From assembly GCA_964394075.1 (NCBI GenBank), contig CAYMVI010000001.1, positions 167,195 to 231,194 on the forward strand: 64,000 nucleotides of DNA, read 5' to 3'. Below are positions 40,978 to 51,642 of the stretch, one piece after another (the stretch's first letter is position 1; each line of letters begins with the position of its first letter). This DNA is from an uncultured Eubacteriales bacterium (lineage in GTDB: Bacteria; Bacillota; Clostridia; TANB77; UBA1234). Made by a program: the position numbers and the translations under genes. The notes beneath the pieces are model-generated. The model did not search any database and was not told the DNA's origin. It saw nothing but the letters and a program-made list of their open reading frames with translations.

Positions 40978-41919
40978 ATGAAGATAGGCTTTTTATTTCC
41001 TGGGCAAGGAGCACAAAGTGTTGGCATGGGAAAAGAGTTGTATGAAAAATATGATTCGGTAAAAAAGATATACGATGAAGTGCATAGAATAACAGGAATA
41101 GATATTGCAAAGATTTCTTTTGAGGGACCTGAAGAGTTATTAAATAAAACTCAACATACTCAACTTGCAGTACTTACTAATTCGTTAGCAATACTTGAAG
41201 TGTTAAAAGAAAACAATGTAATTGCAGAATTATCTGCTGGTCTAAGTTTGGGAGAATACACTGCATTAATAAGCGAAGGAATTATCTCTTTTGAAGAAGG
41301 TGTAAAACTTGTTTCTGAAAGAGGCAAATGTATGGAAAATTATTTGCCTGCTGGTGAATGGCAAATGGCTGCAATAATAGGGATGACAGATGAACAAGTT
41401 GAAGAAGTTTGCTCAAAAGTTACAAAAGGTTTTGCTGTTCCTGCAAATTATAACTGTGCAGGGCAAGTTGTAGTATCTGGTGAGAAAGAAGCTGTATTGG
41501 AGGTAAAAGAGCTTGCAGAAAATGCTGGAGCAAGAAAAGTAAGTATCCTAAATACTGCAGGACCTTTTCATACTGTAAAACTGAATGAGTGTGCAAATAA
41601 GTTTAAGAGTGCACTAGATGAAATATCTATAAATGAAGTAAATGAAAAAGTTTTGAAAAACATAGACGGAAGTGTGTATTCCTCAAATGATGATATAAAA
41701 GCTATTTTAGCAAAGCACATGGTAAGTCCAGTTAAGTTTTCGAAGATATTAGAAAATATGATTGATAAAGGTATAGATACTTTTGTTGAAATCGGGCCTG
41801 GCAAAACATTATCTGGTTTTGTAAAAAGAACACCAACAGAAAAGAGTATCAAGATTTTAAATATAAACAATGTTTCTACTTTAGAGGAAACTTTGAAAGT
41901 TATTAAGGAGGAAATATAA
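40978..41919 (+). CDS. fabD: malonyl-CoA:ACP transacylase
   Basis: GQGAQ and GLSLGEY motifs. Confidence 0.9.
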   Translation: MKIGFLFPGQGAQSVGMGKELYEKYDSVKKIYDEVHRITGIDIAKISFEGPEELLNKTQHTQLAVLTNSLAILEVLKENNVIAELSAGLSLGEYTALISEGIISFEEGVKLVSERGKCMENYLPAGEWQMAAIIGMTDEQVEEVCSKVTKGFAVPANYNCAGQVVVSGEKEAVLEVKELAENAGARKVSILNTAGPFHTVKLNECANKFKSALDEISINEVNEKVLKNIDGSVYSSNDDIKAILAKHMVSPVKFSKILENMIDKGIDTFVEIGPGKTLSGFVKRTPTEKSIKILNINNVSTLEETLKVIKEEI

Positions 41920-42654
41920 ATGAATAAAGTTGCATTAGTTACAGGTGCTACAAGAGGTATTGGAAAAGAAATTGCAAAGACATTCGCAAAAGCTGGATAT
42001 GACATTGCAATTAATTATAGAAAAGCAAATGAAGATTTAGAAAATGTAAAAGATGAAATCGAAGCTACTGGAGTTAAATGTCTTACAGTACAAGGCGATG
42101 TTTCTAATTTTGAAGACTCAGAAAGATTTGTAAAAGAAATAATTGATGAATATGGAAAAATTGATGTGCTAGTAAATAATGCTGGAATAACAAAAGACAC
42201 ATTACTTATGAGAATGCAAAAAGAAGATTTTGAACAAGTAATAGATGTTAATTTAATTGGTACATTTAATGTAACTAAAAATGTAATTAATTATATGCTG
42301 AAAGCAAAAACAGGAAGAATAATAAATATTTCATCTGTTGTTGGTGTATCTGGTAATGCTGGACAAACAAATTATGCGGCTTCAAAAGCTGGAATAATAG
42401 GTTTTACAAAGAGTTTAGCAAAGGAAGTTGCTTCAAGAAATATATTAGTAAATGCGGTTGCGCCAGGTTTTATTGAAACAGATATGACAAATGTTTTGAA
42501 GGATGAAGTGAAGGAAAATATTGCAAAACAAATACCACTTAAGAGAATGGGTAATGTTAATGACGTTGCAAATGTTGTTAAGTTTTTAGCTTCAGATGAA
42601 AGTGCATATATCACAGGTCAAGTTATAAATGTTGATGGCGGAATGTTGATGTAA
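41920..42654 (+). CDS. fabG: 3-oxoacyl-ACP reductase
   Basis: SDR with TGATRGIG and YAASKAG. Confidence 0.9.
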   Translation: MNKVALVTGATRGIGKEIAKTFAKAGYDIAINYRKANEDLENVKDEIEATGVKCLTVQGDVSNFEDSERFVKEIIDEYGKIDVLVNNAGITKDTLLMRMQKEDFEQVIDVNLIGTFNVTKNVINYMLKAKTGRIINISSVVGVSGNAGQTNYAASKAGIIGFTKSLAKEVASRNILVNAVAPGFIETDMTNVLKDEVKENIAKQIPLKRMGNVNDVANVVKFLASDESAYITGQVINVDGGMLM

Positions 42655-42682
42655 TTTATTATATGAGAGAGGATATTAAGTT

Positions 42683-43924
42683 ATGGAAAGAAGAGTTGTT
42701 ATTACAGGATTAGGTGCAATAACTCCTATTGGAAAAAATATAGAAGAATCTTGGAACGGAATCGAAAATAAAGTTTGTGGAATAGATAAAATTTCTTTGT
42801 TTGATGCTGCAAATTTTAAAACAAGTTTAGCAGCAGAAGTAAAAGATTATAATCCACTAGATTATTTTGATGGAAAGCAAGCAAAGAGATTAGATAGATC
42901 TTCTCAATTTGCTTTAATTGCAGCAAGAGAAGCCGTAAAAGATAGTGGAATAACTAAAGAAAATACTGATTTTGAAAATGTTGGTATGTTTATAGGTACT
43001 GGTATTGGTGGTATTCATACTACTCAAGAACAATGTGAAAATAATTGTATGAAAGGTAATAGTAGAGTTTCACCTATGTTTATACCTATGGCGATTGTTA
43101 ATATGCCAGCAGGTAATATATCTATAGAATTTGGATTTAAGGGTGAGTCTGTTGCTTTAGTTACTGCTTGTGCTTCTGCAACTCACGCAATTGGTGAAGC
43201 ATATAAAAATATAAAACATGGATATTCAGATGTAATTATAACTGGTGGTACAGAGGCTTCTGTTTGTGAAATTGGCGTTGCTGGATTTGAAAATATGAAA
43301 GCGTTATCAACAACTGAAGATAAGGATAGAGCTAGCATTCCTTTTGACAAAGAAAGAAGCGGTTTCGTAATGGGAGAAGGTTCAGGAATGTTAATCCTTG
43401 AAGAATTAGAACATGCTAAAAAAAGAGGAGCGAAAATATATGCTGAGTTAATCGGTTTTGGTACATCAACAGATGCATACCACATAACATCACCTTGTCC
43501 TGATGGCGAAGGCGGAGCCAAAGCGCTTGCAAGAGCTATAGAAGATTCCAAAATAAAACCGGAGGATGTTGATTATATAAATGCACATGGAACATCTACA
43601 CATCTAAATGATTTGACAGAAACTGTGGCAATAAAAACAGTTTTAGGAGAAGCAAGTAAGAAAGTAATGGTAAGTTCTACAAAAGGAAACGTTGGACATT
43701 TACTTGGTGCTGCTGGTGCTGTTGAGGCAATCTTTTGTGTAAAAGCTTTGGAAAAGCAACTTGTTCCACCAACAATAAATTATAAAGAAAAAGATGAAGA
43801 ATGTGATTTAGATATAGTTCCAAACGAACCAAGAAAATGTGATTTGAATGTAGTGATGTCAAACTCTTTAGGTTTCGGCGGACATAATGCTTGTATTGTA
43901 TTAAAGAAATACAAGGAGGATTAA
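42683..43924 (+). CDS. fabF: 3-oxoacyl-ACP synthase II
   Basis: Cys-His-His triad context ([24 protein letters not shown]). Confidence 0.9.
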   Translation: MERRVVITGLGAITPIGKNIEESWNGIENKVCGIDKISLFDAANFKTSLAAEVKDYNPLDYFDGKQAKRLDRSSQFALIAAREAVKDSGITKENTDFENVGMFIGTGIGGIHTTQEQCENNCMKGNSRVSPMFIPMAIVNMPAGNISIEFGFKGESVALVTACASATHAIGEAYKNIKHGYSDVIITGGTEASVCEIGVAGFENMKALSTTEDKDRASIPFDKERSGFVMGEGSGMLILEELEHAKKRGAKIYAELIGFGTSTDAYHITSPCPDGEGGAKALARAIEDSKIKPEDVDYINAHGTSTHLNDLTETVAIKTVLGEASKKVMVSSTKGNVGHLLGAAGAVEAIFCVKALEKQLVPPTINYKEKDEECDLDIVPNEPRKCDLNVVMSNSLGFGGHNACIVLKKYKED

Positions 43925-43928
43925 TTAT

Positions 43929-44360
43929 ATGGAATATGAAAAAATTAAACAATTAATTGAAGATGTAGGAAATTCAAAATTAACAACAGTAGATATTGAA
44001 TTCTCAGATGGTACAAAGATTAGTATGAAAAAAGAAACTGAAGTTGAAACTGTAAAAGTTGTAGAGAAAATTTCAGAAACTGCAACTACAGAAGTTGTTG
44101 CTTCAAACGAAGAAAAAGAACCAACTGGTAATATTGTAAAATCTCCAATGGTTGGTACTTTCTATATGAAGCCATCGCCAACATCAGATCCATTTGTGCA
44201 AAAAGGAAATGATATAAAAGTTGGAGATACTTTATGCATAATTGAAGCAATGAAATTAATGAACGAAATTGAATCTGAATTTTCAGGAAAGGTAGTTGAA
44301 ATCTTTGTTGAAGATGGTAAGCCTGTTGAATATGGCACACCGCTATTTAGAATAGAATAG
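43929..44360 (+). CDS. accB: biotin carboxyl carrier protein
   Basis: [10 protein letters not shown] biotinyl-lysine motif. Confidence 0.85.
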   Translation: MEYEKIKQLIEDVGNSKLTTVDIEFSDGTKISMKKETEVETVKVVEKISETATTEVVASNEEKEPTGNIVKSPMVGTFYMKPSPTSDPFVQKGNDIKVGDTLCIIEAMKLMNEIESEFSGKVVEIFVEDGKPVEYGTPLFRIE

Positions 44361-44371
44361 GAGAAAAGAGA

Positions 44372-44794
44372 ATGTTAAATAAAGAAGAAATAAAAAATAT
44401 TATCCCTCAACGTGAACCATTTTTGATGATAGATGAAGTTGAAACTTATGTTGCTGGCGAAAGTGCAACTGCATATAAATTCGTTGATGAAAAAGAATGG
44501 TACTTTCAAGGACATTTTCCTGGTAATCCAATAATGCCAGGAGTTTTAATTGTAGAAAGTTTGGCACAAACGGGTGCAATTGCAATTTTAAGCTTAGAAG
44601 AGAATAAAGGTAAGAACGCCTTGTTTGCAGGAATAGATAAAGTTAAGTTTAAACAAAAAGTTATTCCTGGAGATAAATTAAAACTAGAAGTTAAAATTAT
44701 TAAACAAAAAGGTCCTGTTGGTGTTGGTGAAGGAATAGCAAGTGTAGATGGGAAGTTAGTTGCAAAAGGAGAATTCACATTTGCGTTAGTATAA
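44372..44794 (+). CDS. fabZ: 3-hydroxyacyl-ACP dehydratase
   Basis: GHFPGNPIMPGVL motif. Confidence 0.9.
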   Translation: MLNKEEIKNIIPQREPFLMIDEVETYVAGESATAYKFVDEKEWYFQGHFPGNPIMPGVLIVESLAQTGAIAILSLEENKGKNALFAGIDKVKFKQKVIPGDKLKLEVKIIKQKGPVGVGEGIASVDGKLVAKGEFTFALV

Positions 44795-44820
44795 CTTTAG
44801 AAAGGAGATAATGCACAACG

Positions 44821-46161
44821 ATGAATAAAATATTGATAGCGAATCGTGGAGAAATTGCTGTTAGAATTATCAGAGCATGTAAAGAGATGAATATAAAAAC
44901 AGTTGCGATATATTCGGAAGCAGATAAAGATGCATTGCACACGCGTTTAGCTGATGAAGCTATATGTATTGGCCCGGCTGCTGCAACGAAAAGTTATTTA
45001 AATATTAAAAATATTATTGAAGCTGCATATATAAGTGGTAGTGACAGTATTCATCCTGGGTTTGGTTTTTTATCTGAAAATTCTCAGTTTGCAAAAATTT
45101 GTGAAGAGACAAAGATAAAGTTTATAGGTCCAACTTCTGAAGTTATAGATTTATTAGGTAATAAATCTAATGCAAAAGAATTAATGAAAAATGCAGGTGT
45201 GCCTGTTATTCCTGGTTCTGAAGGAAGTTTAAATTCTTTAAAAGATGCTAAAGTTATTGCAAATGAAATTGGTTATCCTGTTATATTAAAAGCTGCTGCT
45301 GGCGGTGGGGGAAAAGGAATAAGAATTGCTAACAATGAAGATGAACTTACAAAGAATTATGAGATAGTGAAGCAAGAAGCAAAAGTTTCTTTTAATGATG
45401 ACAGTATTTATATTGAAAAGTATATAAAAAATCCAAGACATATTGAGATACAAATTTTAGCTGATGAACACGGAAATGTTATTCATCTTGGTGAAAGAGA
45501 TTGTTCAATTCAAAGAAAACACCAAAAGGTTGTTGAAGAAACACCTTCAACAGTTGTTAATGATGAATTAAGAAATAGAATGGGAGAAGCTGCGGTGAAG
45601 GCTGCAAGAGCAGCGGGATATACGAGTTGTGGTACTATAGAATTTTTGGTTGACGATGAGAGAAACTTTTATTTCATGGAAATGAATACAAGAATTCAAG
45701 TAGAACATCCAATTACTGAAATGAGAACTGGTGTAGATATTGTTAAAGAGCAAATCAAAATTGCTGCGGGTGAAAAATTAAAATTTAAACAAGAAGACAT
45801 TGAATTCAAAGGACATTCTATTGAATGCAGAATAAATGCAGAAAATCCATACAAAAACTTTATGCCGTGTCCTGGTAAGATTGAAGGTTTAAACCTACCT
45901 GGTGGAAATGGAATAAGAGTGGATACTGCAATTTATAGTGGTTATACAATACCTTCTAATTATGATTCGATGATTGCAAAGATTATTTGTATTGGTGCTA
46001 ATAGAAATGAAGCTATAAGTAAGATGAAGAGAGCATTAGAAGAATTGGTGATTGATGGTGTTGATACCAATAGAGATTTTCTTTTTGAGATAATTAAAAA
46101 TCCTAATTTTATTAGAGGAAATTTTGATACATCGTTTATTGAAAAAGAGTTTAATCTGTAG
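44821..46161 (+). CDS. accC: biotin carboxylase
   Basis: ATP-grasp fold with GGGGKG. Confidence 0.9.
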   Translation: MNKILIANRGEIAVRIIRACKEMNIKTVAIYSEADKDALHTRLADEAICIGPAAATKSYLNIKNIIEAAYISGSDSIHPGFGFLSENSQFAKICEETKIKFIGPTSEVIDLLGNKSNAKELMKNAGVPVIPGSEGSLNSLKDAKVIANEIGYPVILKAAAGGGGKGIRIANNEDELTKNYEIVKQEAKVSFNDDSIYIEKYIKNPRHIEIQILADEHGNVIHLGERDCSIQRKHQKVVEETPSTVVNDELRNRMGEAAVKAARAAGYTSCGTIEFLVDDERNFYFMEMNTRIQVEHPITEMRTGVDIVKEQIKIAAGEKLKFKQEDIEFKGHSIECRINAENPYKNFMPCPGKIEGLNLPGGNGIRVDTAIYSGYTIPSNYDSMIAKIICIGANRNEAISKMKRALEELVIDGVDTNRDFLFEIIKNPNFIRGNFDTSFIEKEFNL

Positions 46162-46175
46162 AGGAGAAACGTTAA

Positions 46176-47036
46176 ATGATTGTTGATAAGATTAAAAAAA
46201 GAGAACCGAATAATATTAAAAATAAAAAGTCTAACGTAGATATACCGGTAGGTAAATGGGTTAGATGTGAAGAGTGTAAAGAAATTATATATAAAGAAAC
46301 TATGCAAGCAAATTTAAATATTTGCCCTAACTGTGGTCATTATTTCAGAATGCATACAAGACGTAGATTAGATTTGATAATTGATAAGGATACTTACAAA
46401 AGATTTGATTTGGATATTGAAACAACTAATCCATTAGGACTTGAAGATTATCCTAAAAAATTAAAAAGTCTACGCGAAAAAACAGAATTGCAAGAAGCTG
46501 TTGCTTGTGGAGTTGGTGAAGTGCATGGCGAAAAAGTTGTAATATGTGTTATGGACAGTGGTTTCCTAATGGGAAGCATGGGAGTAGTTGTTGGAGAAAA
46601 AATTTCTTACGCAATTGAGCAAGCGATTGCACAAAGATTACCACTTATAATTTTTTCTGTATCAGGTGGAGCTAGAATGCAAGAAGGAATTATTTCGCTT
46701 ATGCAAATGGCTAAAACAACAGCAGCATTAACCAAACTTAATGAAGCTGGACTTTTATATATTTCAGTTTTAACAGATCCAACATATGGTGGTGTTACAG
46801 CATCATTTGCAAGTTTAGGAGATATAATTCTTGCAGAGCCCAAAGCGATGATAGGTTTTGCGGGTCCTAGAGTTATTGAACAAACTATAGGTGAATCATT
46901 ACCAGAAGGATTTCAAACAGCTGAGTTTTTATTAGAACATGGATTTATAGATAAGATAGTTGAAAGAAAAGATTTAAAAGAAACAATCTATAAATTAGTT
47001 AGACTTCATAAAGGAGGTCGTGAAGATGTCAGATAA
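46176..47036 (+). CDS. accD: acetyl-CoA carboxylase carboxyltransferase beta
   Basis: N-terminal zinc ribbon CEEC..CPNC. Confidence 0.9.
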   Translation: MIVDKIKKREPNNIKNKKSNVDIPVGKWVRCEECKEIIYKETMQANLNICPNCGHYFRMHTRRRLDLIIDKDTYKRFDLDIETTNPLGLEDYPKKLKSLREKTELQEAVACGVGEVHGEKVVICVMDSGFLMGSMGVVVGEKISYAIEQAIAQRLPLIIFSVSGGARMQEGIISLMQMAKTTAALTKLNEAGLLYISVLTDPTYGGVTASFASLGDIILAEPKAMIGFAGPRVIEQTIGESLPEGFQTAEFLLEHGFIDKIVERKDLKETIYKLVRLHKGGREDVR

Positions 47037-47832
47037 AAAATTAACGGCTTGGGAGAAAGTAGAGATTGCTAGAAATCCAAAAAGAAAAACAGCTTTAGAT
47101 TATATAGAAAATATTTTTGATGAGTTTATTGAATTACATGGAGATAGACAATTTAAAGATGATAAAGCAATTGTTTGTGGCATAGCGCGAATTGGAGATA
47201 AAGCATATACAGTAATCGCACAACAAAAAGGAAGAACAACAAAAGAAAACATTGAAAGAAATTTCGGCATGCCAAATCCAGAAAGCTATAGAAAAGCAAT
47301 TAGATTTATGAAACAAGCAGAAAAGTTTAATAGACCTGTAATTACTTTTATAGATACTAAAGGTGCATATCCAGGATTAGGTGCTGAAGAACGTGGTCAA
47401 GGTGAAGCTATTGCAAAATCAATGTTTGAAATGGCGAGATTAAAAGTACCGACAATTGCAATCGTAATAGGTGAAGGATCTAGTGGTGGAGCATTAGCGT
47501 TAGGAGTTGCGAATAAAGTTCTAATGTTAGAAAATGCAGTTTATTCAATTCTTTCACCAGAAGGCTATAGCAGTATCTTGTGGAAAGATTCAAGTCGCTT
47601 TAAAGAAGCTGCTGAAAAAATGAAATTAACAGCAGAAGATTTATACGAATTGAAAATCATTGATAAAATTATTGAGGAGCCTGAAACAGATGGTTCATTT
47701 AATAGAATAAGTGAGAATCTAAAAGAAGAGATAAAAAGAGAAACAAAAGAATTAGGCGAATTGAATCTAGAAGAACTTGTAGAAACTAGATATCAAAAAT
47801 ATCGCAATATGGGTGAATATATTCAAATATAA
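47020..47832 (+). CDS. accA: acetyl-CoA carboxylase carboxyltransferase alpha
   Basis: 270 aa. It overlaps the accD end. Confidence 0.85.
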   Translation: MKMSDKKLTAWEKVEIARNPKRKTALDYIENIFDEFIELHGDRQFKDDKAIVCGIARIGDKAYTVIAQQKGRTTKENIERNFGMPNPESYRKAIRFMKQAEKFNRPVITFIDTKGAYPGLGAEERGQGEAIAKSMFEMARLKVPTIAIVIGEGSSGGALALGVANKVLMLENAVYSILSPEGYSSILWKDSSRFKEAAEKMKLTAEDLYELKIIDKIIEEPETDGSFNRISENLKEEIKRETKELGELNLEELVETRYQKYRNMGEYIQI

Positions 47833-47843
47833 GGAGGATATAA

Positions 47844-48614
47844 ATGTTATTAAAAGATAAGAAAATTTTAATAATGGGTATAAGAAACAAATGGAGCATT
47901 GCTTATGGAATTGCTGAATCAGCATATAGAAATGGTGCAAAGTTAATCTTTACTTTTGTTGGAGAAGAAAATAGAGATAAAATAGAAAACTTGATTTCAG
48001 AATTTGAAGGCAGCAAAGCATATGTACTAGATGAAGCTTCACAAGATGATTTAGTTCAAGACGTTTTTGAAAAAATTAAATCTGAAAATGGCAAAATTGA
48101 TGGAATCGTACATAGTATTGCGCATGCTTACACAGAGGATTTACACAATGATTTTATAGAAACTAGTAAAGACGGTTACTCTCATGCTGTAGATGTAAGT
48201 TCATATTCTTTTGTTTTAGCGGCAAGAAAAGCAAAAGAGTTAGATATGTTAAATGAAAATGCGAGTTTAGTAACATTAACATATCATGGTTCTACCAAAG
48301 TACTAGAGGGATATAATGTAATGGGTGTTGCAAAAGCGGCTTTAGAAGCAAGTGTTAGATATTTAGCAACAAACTTGGGAAAAGAAAATATAAAGGTTAA
48401 TGCTATTTCAGCAGGACCAATCAAAACTTTGTCAGCTAAGGGTATAAAAGATTTTTCTACTATAATGACTATAGTTGAAGAAAAAGCACCTTTGCATAGA
48501 AATGTAACTATAACAGAAGTAGGAAATGTAGCAACATTTTTATTAAGCAGTATGTCTGATTGTATAACAGGGCAGGTAATATATGCAGACAATGGTTATA
48601 ATATAATGGGATAA
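47844..48614 (+). CDS. fabI: enoyl-ACP reductase (NADH)
   Basis: [14 protein letters not shown]-x6-K motif. Confidence 0.8.
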   Translation: MLLKDKKILIMGIRNKWSIAYGIAESAYRNGAKLIFTFVGEENRDKIENLISEFEGSKAYVLDEASQDDLVQDVFEKIKSENGKIDGIVHSIAHAYTEDLHNDFIETSKDGYSHAVDVSSYSFVLAARKAKELDMLNENASLVTLTYHGSTKVLEGYNVMGVAKAALEASVRYLATNLGKENIKVNAISAGPIKTLSAKGIKDFSTIMTIVEEKAPLHRNVTITEVGNVATFLLSSMSDCITGQVIYADNGYNIMG

Positions 48615-48634
48615 AATTAAGGAGGAATATAAAA

Positions 48635-48874
48635 ATGAAAAGAGAAGAAGTTTTTGAAAAAGTAAGAGGAGTTATAGTAGAACAATTGGGAATAAGTACA
48701 GAAGATGTTAAAGAAACAGCTACATTTGTAGAAGATTTAGCTGCTGATTCTTTAGATATCGTTGAATTAGTAATGCAAATTGAAGAAGAATTTGAAATGC
48801 AAATTCCGGATTCAGACGCTGAAAAAATTGTTACAGTTGGCGATGTAGTAGATTACATTCTTGCAAATAAATAA
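48635..48874 (+). CDS. acpP: acyl carrier protein
   Basis: LAADSLD phosphopantetheine site. Confidence 0.9.
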   Translation: MKREEVFEKVRGVIVEQLGISTEDVKETATFVEDLAADSLDIVELVMQIEEEFEMQIPDSDAEKIVTVGDVVDYILANK

Positions 48875-48889
48875 TAGTATAATTACTGC

Positions 48890-48928
48890 CCAATTAACAA
48901 ACACCATCTGGTGTTTGTTTTTTTATTG
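48890..48928 (+). terminator. rho-independent terminator
   Basis: AACAAACACCA..TGGTGTTTGTT followed by T7. Confidence 0.7.
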
Positions 48929-49001
48929 TGAAAATATTTAAATTAAAATTAAATTGTGATATGCTTATAAAAACATTATAGTAGAAACTAAGGAGGAAAA
49001 T

Positions 49002-49673
49002 ATGAATAAAAAACCTTTAATAATAGTATTAGTAATAATTATTTTCGCTATGGGTTTTTTAATTTGGTTTAAAAACAGTGAAGATATAAATAATAATTCA
49101 AATTCTAATATATCTTTTGAGCAAGAAAGTGGAGAAACGACACCGCCTGAATCTACGGGTGGTATAGATATAAATTTATCTGGTGATGATTCAATCTCAT
49201 CAGATAAAGGAAATTCAGGAGAGGCTATATTATCAGGTGAAAATACTACAGAAAAAGATCCAGTTGTTGTTCCTGAACCACAACCAGAGCCAGAACCTGA
49301 AAAAGAAAATACCATTGTTAGTGGTGATGTAGAATCCGGAGAAGTTGTAGTAGAAACTGTTAATCCAGTGTTAGTATCGGATGATACAAAGCTTGTTTTT
49401 AAAATGGGAGCAACACAAATAATTGTGTATTATTATGAAGGAGAAACAATAACAAAGAAAGAGGCTTATATTGATTATAAAACAGAGGCAAGTGCTAAAA
49501 CTGCAGCTGCTCAATATAACGATGGCACTAAAAAACTTAGTGATATAGGCAATATAAAATCTGCTTCTTCAGAAGGAAAATATGTTGTAATGACATACAA
49601 CGAGGATGAGTATGCGCACTTAACATATACTAAAGTAAAAAATATATATGGTATGTATGAAATAACAAAATAA
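49002..49673 (+). CDS. hypothetical membrane-anchored protein with a low-complexity (PEPQPEPEPE) linker
   Basis: N-terminal transmembrane helix and a secreted-type composition. Confidence 0.45.
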   Translation: MNKKPLIIVLVIIIFAMGFLIWFKNSEDINNNSNSNISFEQESGETTPPESTGGIDINLSGDDSISSDKGNSGEAILSGENTTEKDPVVVPEPQPEPEPEKENTIVSGDVESGEVVVETVNPVLVSDDTKLVFKMGATQIIVYYYEGETITKKEAYIDYKTEASAKTAAAQYNDGTKKLSDIGNIKSASSEGKYVVMTYNEDEYAHLTYTKVKNIYGMYEITK

Positions 49674-49677
49674 GAAA

Positions 49678-49706
49678 AAAGCGTTCGGTTTCGAACGCTT
49701 TTTCAT
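49678..49706 (+). terminator. rho-independent terminator
   Basis: AAAAAGCGTTCG gttt CGAACGCTTTTT. Confidence 0.7.
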
Positions 49707-49905
49707 ATGAGAATATATTAAAATTTTATGTTATTTTATCCATTATATCACATTAAAAAGAGAAAATGTGAAAATTTGAAATTAAAGTAACTAAAGTTTC
49801 TAAAGTGTTGATTTCTTCAAAAACAAGGTGTTAATATATATCTTGTGTTTGGTTGCCGGAGTTTTGGGCAGACTGAATAAAATAAGGATATTTTGAGTCA
49901 AACGT

Positions 49906-49934
49906 TTGACAATACAGGCTTTGCAGTGTAAAAT
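49906..49934 (+). promoter_or_regulatory. sigma-A-type promoter for the CofE-like gene
   Basis: TTGACA, a 17-bp spacer and TAAAAT. Confidence 0.5.
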
Positions 49935-49997
49935 GTGCACGGGCAAAAATGTATACAAATATGGACTCGAAATCAAATTTGGTAAGGAGGAATTCAC

Positions 49998-51185
49998 ATG
50001 AAGGATCTACTAGGCACAATCTCAATGGGCGTAAGGGCGCCAATTTTTCGCGAGGGAGATGACATCGCGGAAATTACAGCAAACTGTATTTTAGAAGCAA
50101 GTAAGGCACATTCTATTCCAATAGATGACAAAGACGTTGTTGCTGTCACAGAATCTGTTGTTGCTAGATGTGAAGGTAACTATGTAACTGTTGATGAAGT
50201 TGCAGCGGATGTAGCATCTAAATTTGGAACTGACAAAATCGGAGTTATTTTCCCAATTTTAAGCAGAAACCGTTTTGCAATGTGTTTCAAAGGTATCTGC
50301 AGAGGAGCAAAAGGAGGAGTTGTACTGATGCTTTCTTTACCTTCTGATGAGGTGGGAAATCATTTGGTAGACGATGCTGATTATTTCAATGCAAATTTGG
50401 GTAATAAAGTTATCGAAGAGGAAGAATACAGACAAATTTTTGGATACAAAAAACACGAATTTACTGGTGTTGATTATGTGGAATATTACAAAGAATTAGC
50501 AGCTGCAGAAGGCTGTGAAATCAAAGTAGTGTTCAACAACAATCCGTCAGCAATTCTTGATTATACAAATTCGGTCCTTTATTGTGATATACATACAAGA
50601 GAAAGGACAAAGCAAATTCTTTTAAGCAAAGGCGCAAAGGTATATGGCCTTGATTCAATTTGCGCAGCACCTTCTGCAGAAGGTAAAGGATGCAACTCTC
50701 AATATGGACTTCTTGGAAGCAATAAAGCTGACGAAGAGAGATTAAAACTATTCCCTAAGTCAGGCGAATCTGTTGTGAAAAAAGTTCAAGAAATCATTTA
50801 CAATGCAACAGGAAAAACAGTGGAGGTGCTTGTATATGGTGATGGCGCGTTTAAAGATCCTGTAGGTAAGATATGGGAGCTTGCTGATCCAGTTGTTTCA
50901 CCAGCTTATACACCTGGTTTGGCTGGAAGACCTAACGAATTGAAGCTTAAAGCTCTTGCAGATGGAAAGTTTGCAGATCTTAGTGGTGAAGAGTTGAAAA
51001 AAGCTATTACAGACTCTATCAAAGAAAAGGGCGACAATCTTGTTGGAAGTATGGCTTCGCAAGGAACAACACCTCGTCAAATTACAGATCTTCTTGGATC
51101 ACTTAGTGATTTGACATCTGGAAGCGGTGACAAAGGAACTCCTATCGTATGGATAAAAGGTTATTTTAAAACATATGCGGATTAA
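49998..51185 (+). CDS. CofE-like gamma-glutamyl ligase family protein (tentative)
   Basis: VVAVTESVVARCEG resembles the CofE core. 395 aa. GC is about 43%, elevated. Confidence 0.35.
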   Translation: MKDLLGTISMGVRAPIFREGDDIAEITANCILEASKAHSIPIDDKDVVAVTESVVARCEGNYVTVDEVAADVASKFGTDKIGVIFPILSRNRFAMCFKGICRGAKGGVVLMLSLPSDEVGNHLVDDADYFNANLGNKVIEEEEYRQIFGYKKHEFTGVDYVEYYKELAAAEGCEIKVVFNNNPSAILDYTNSVLYCDIHTRERTKQILLSKGAKVYGLDSICAAPSAEGKGCNSQYGLLGSNKADEERLKLFPKSGESVVKKVQEIIYNATGKTVEVLVYGDGAFKDPVGKIWELADPVVSPAYTPGLAGRPNELKLKALADGKFADLSGEELKKAITDSIKEKGDNLVGSMASQGTTPRQITDLLGSLSDLTSGSGDKGTPIVWIKGYFKTYAD

Positions 51186-51191
51186 TAAAAA

Positions 51192-51232
51192 GCGGGACAA
51201 CAAAATGAAAAAGTTGTCCCGTTTTTTTGTGT
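51192..51232 (+). terminator. rho-independent terminator
   Basis: AAAGCGGGACAAC..GTTGTCCCGTTTTTTT. Confidence 0.7.
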
Positions 51233-51354
51233 TATAAAAGGTTGTAAAATGAAGTAAAAAAGAGTATAAGAAAGTTCAAAAAAATCACTTTAAACGTCAT
51301 AAATTTGTCAATAGTTTTTTGTAAAAAATAGTAAATTTTTATAGTGCAAAATTG

Positions 51355-51382
51355 TTGATTTATATGCTTATTATGGTATAAT
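51355..51382 (+). promoter_or_regulatory. strong sigma-A promoter for the candidate sRNA
   Basis: TTGATT, a 16-bp spacer and an extended -10 TGgTATAAT. Confidence 0.5.
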
Positions 51383-51388
51383 AAAAAT

Positions 51389-51637
51389 AACCCTACGAGG
51401 TACGACACTATGAGTTTTATTTAGAACCAACACTAAATATTAGGGAGTTAGGTATCAAGGTATTGTGTGCATGCTCGACCGCGAGAAATCGCCGCTTGAG
51501 AAGCCCGTGTGATATCCTTGGAAGACACCCACCTGTCGGAGACAGGGCTCTTAAATGCGCTCATCATGACGGCTTATGTGGGGGCCAATTTTGAAATAAA
51601 AAAGAGTTTAGTTTTAACGAACTAAACTCTTTTTTTG
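51389..51637 (+). ncRNA. candidate stand-alone structured RNA (about 250 nt) of unassigned class
   Basis: The promoter-to-terminator interval has no ORF longer than 13 aa and a locally GC-rich core, and ends in a bidirectional terminator (AGAGTTTAGTT..AACTAAACTCT followed by T7). No same-strand gene lies downstream. Confidence 0.4.
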
Positions 51638-51642
51638 ATGTT

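Noticed and set aside
51389-51637. Identity of the candidate RNA as SRP RNA, tmRNA, 6S or RNase P
   Set aside because: It has no GGAAGCAGC domain IV motif, no tag-peptide ORF, no terminal tRNA-like CCA context, and the length is wrong for RNase P. I left it unclassified.
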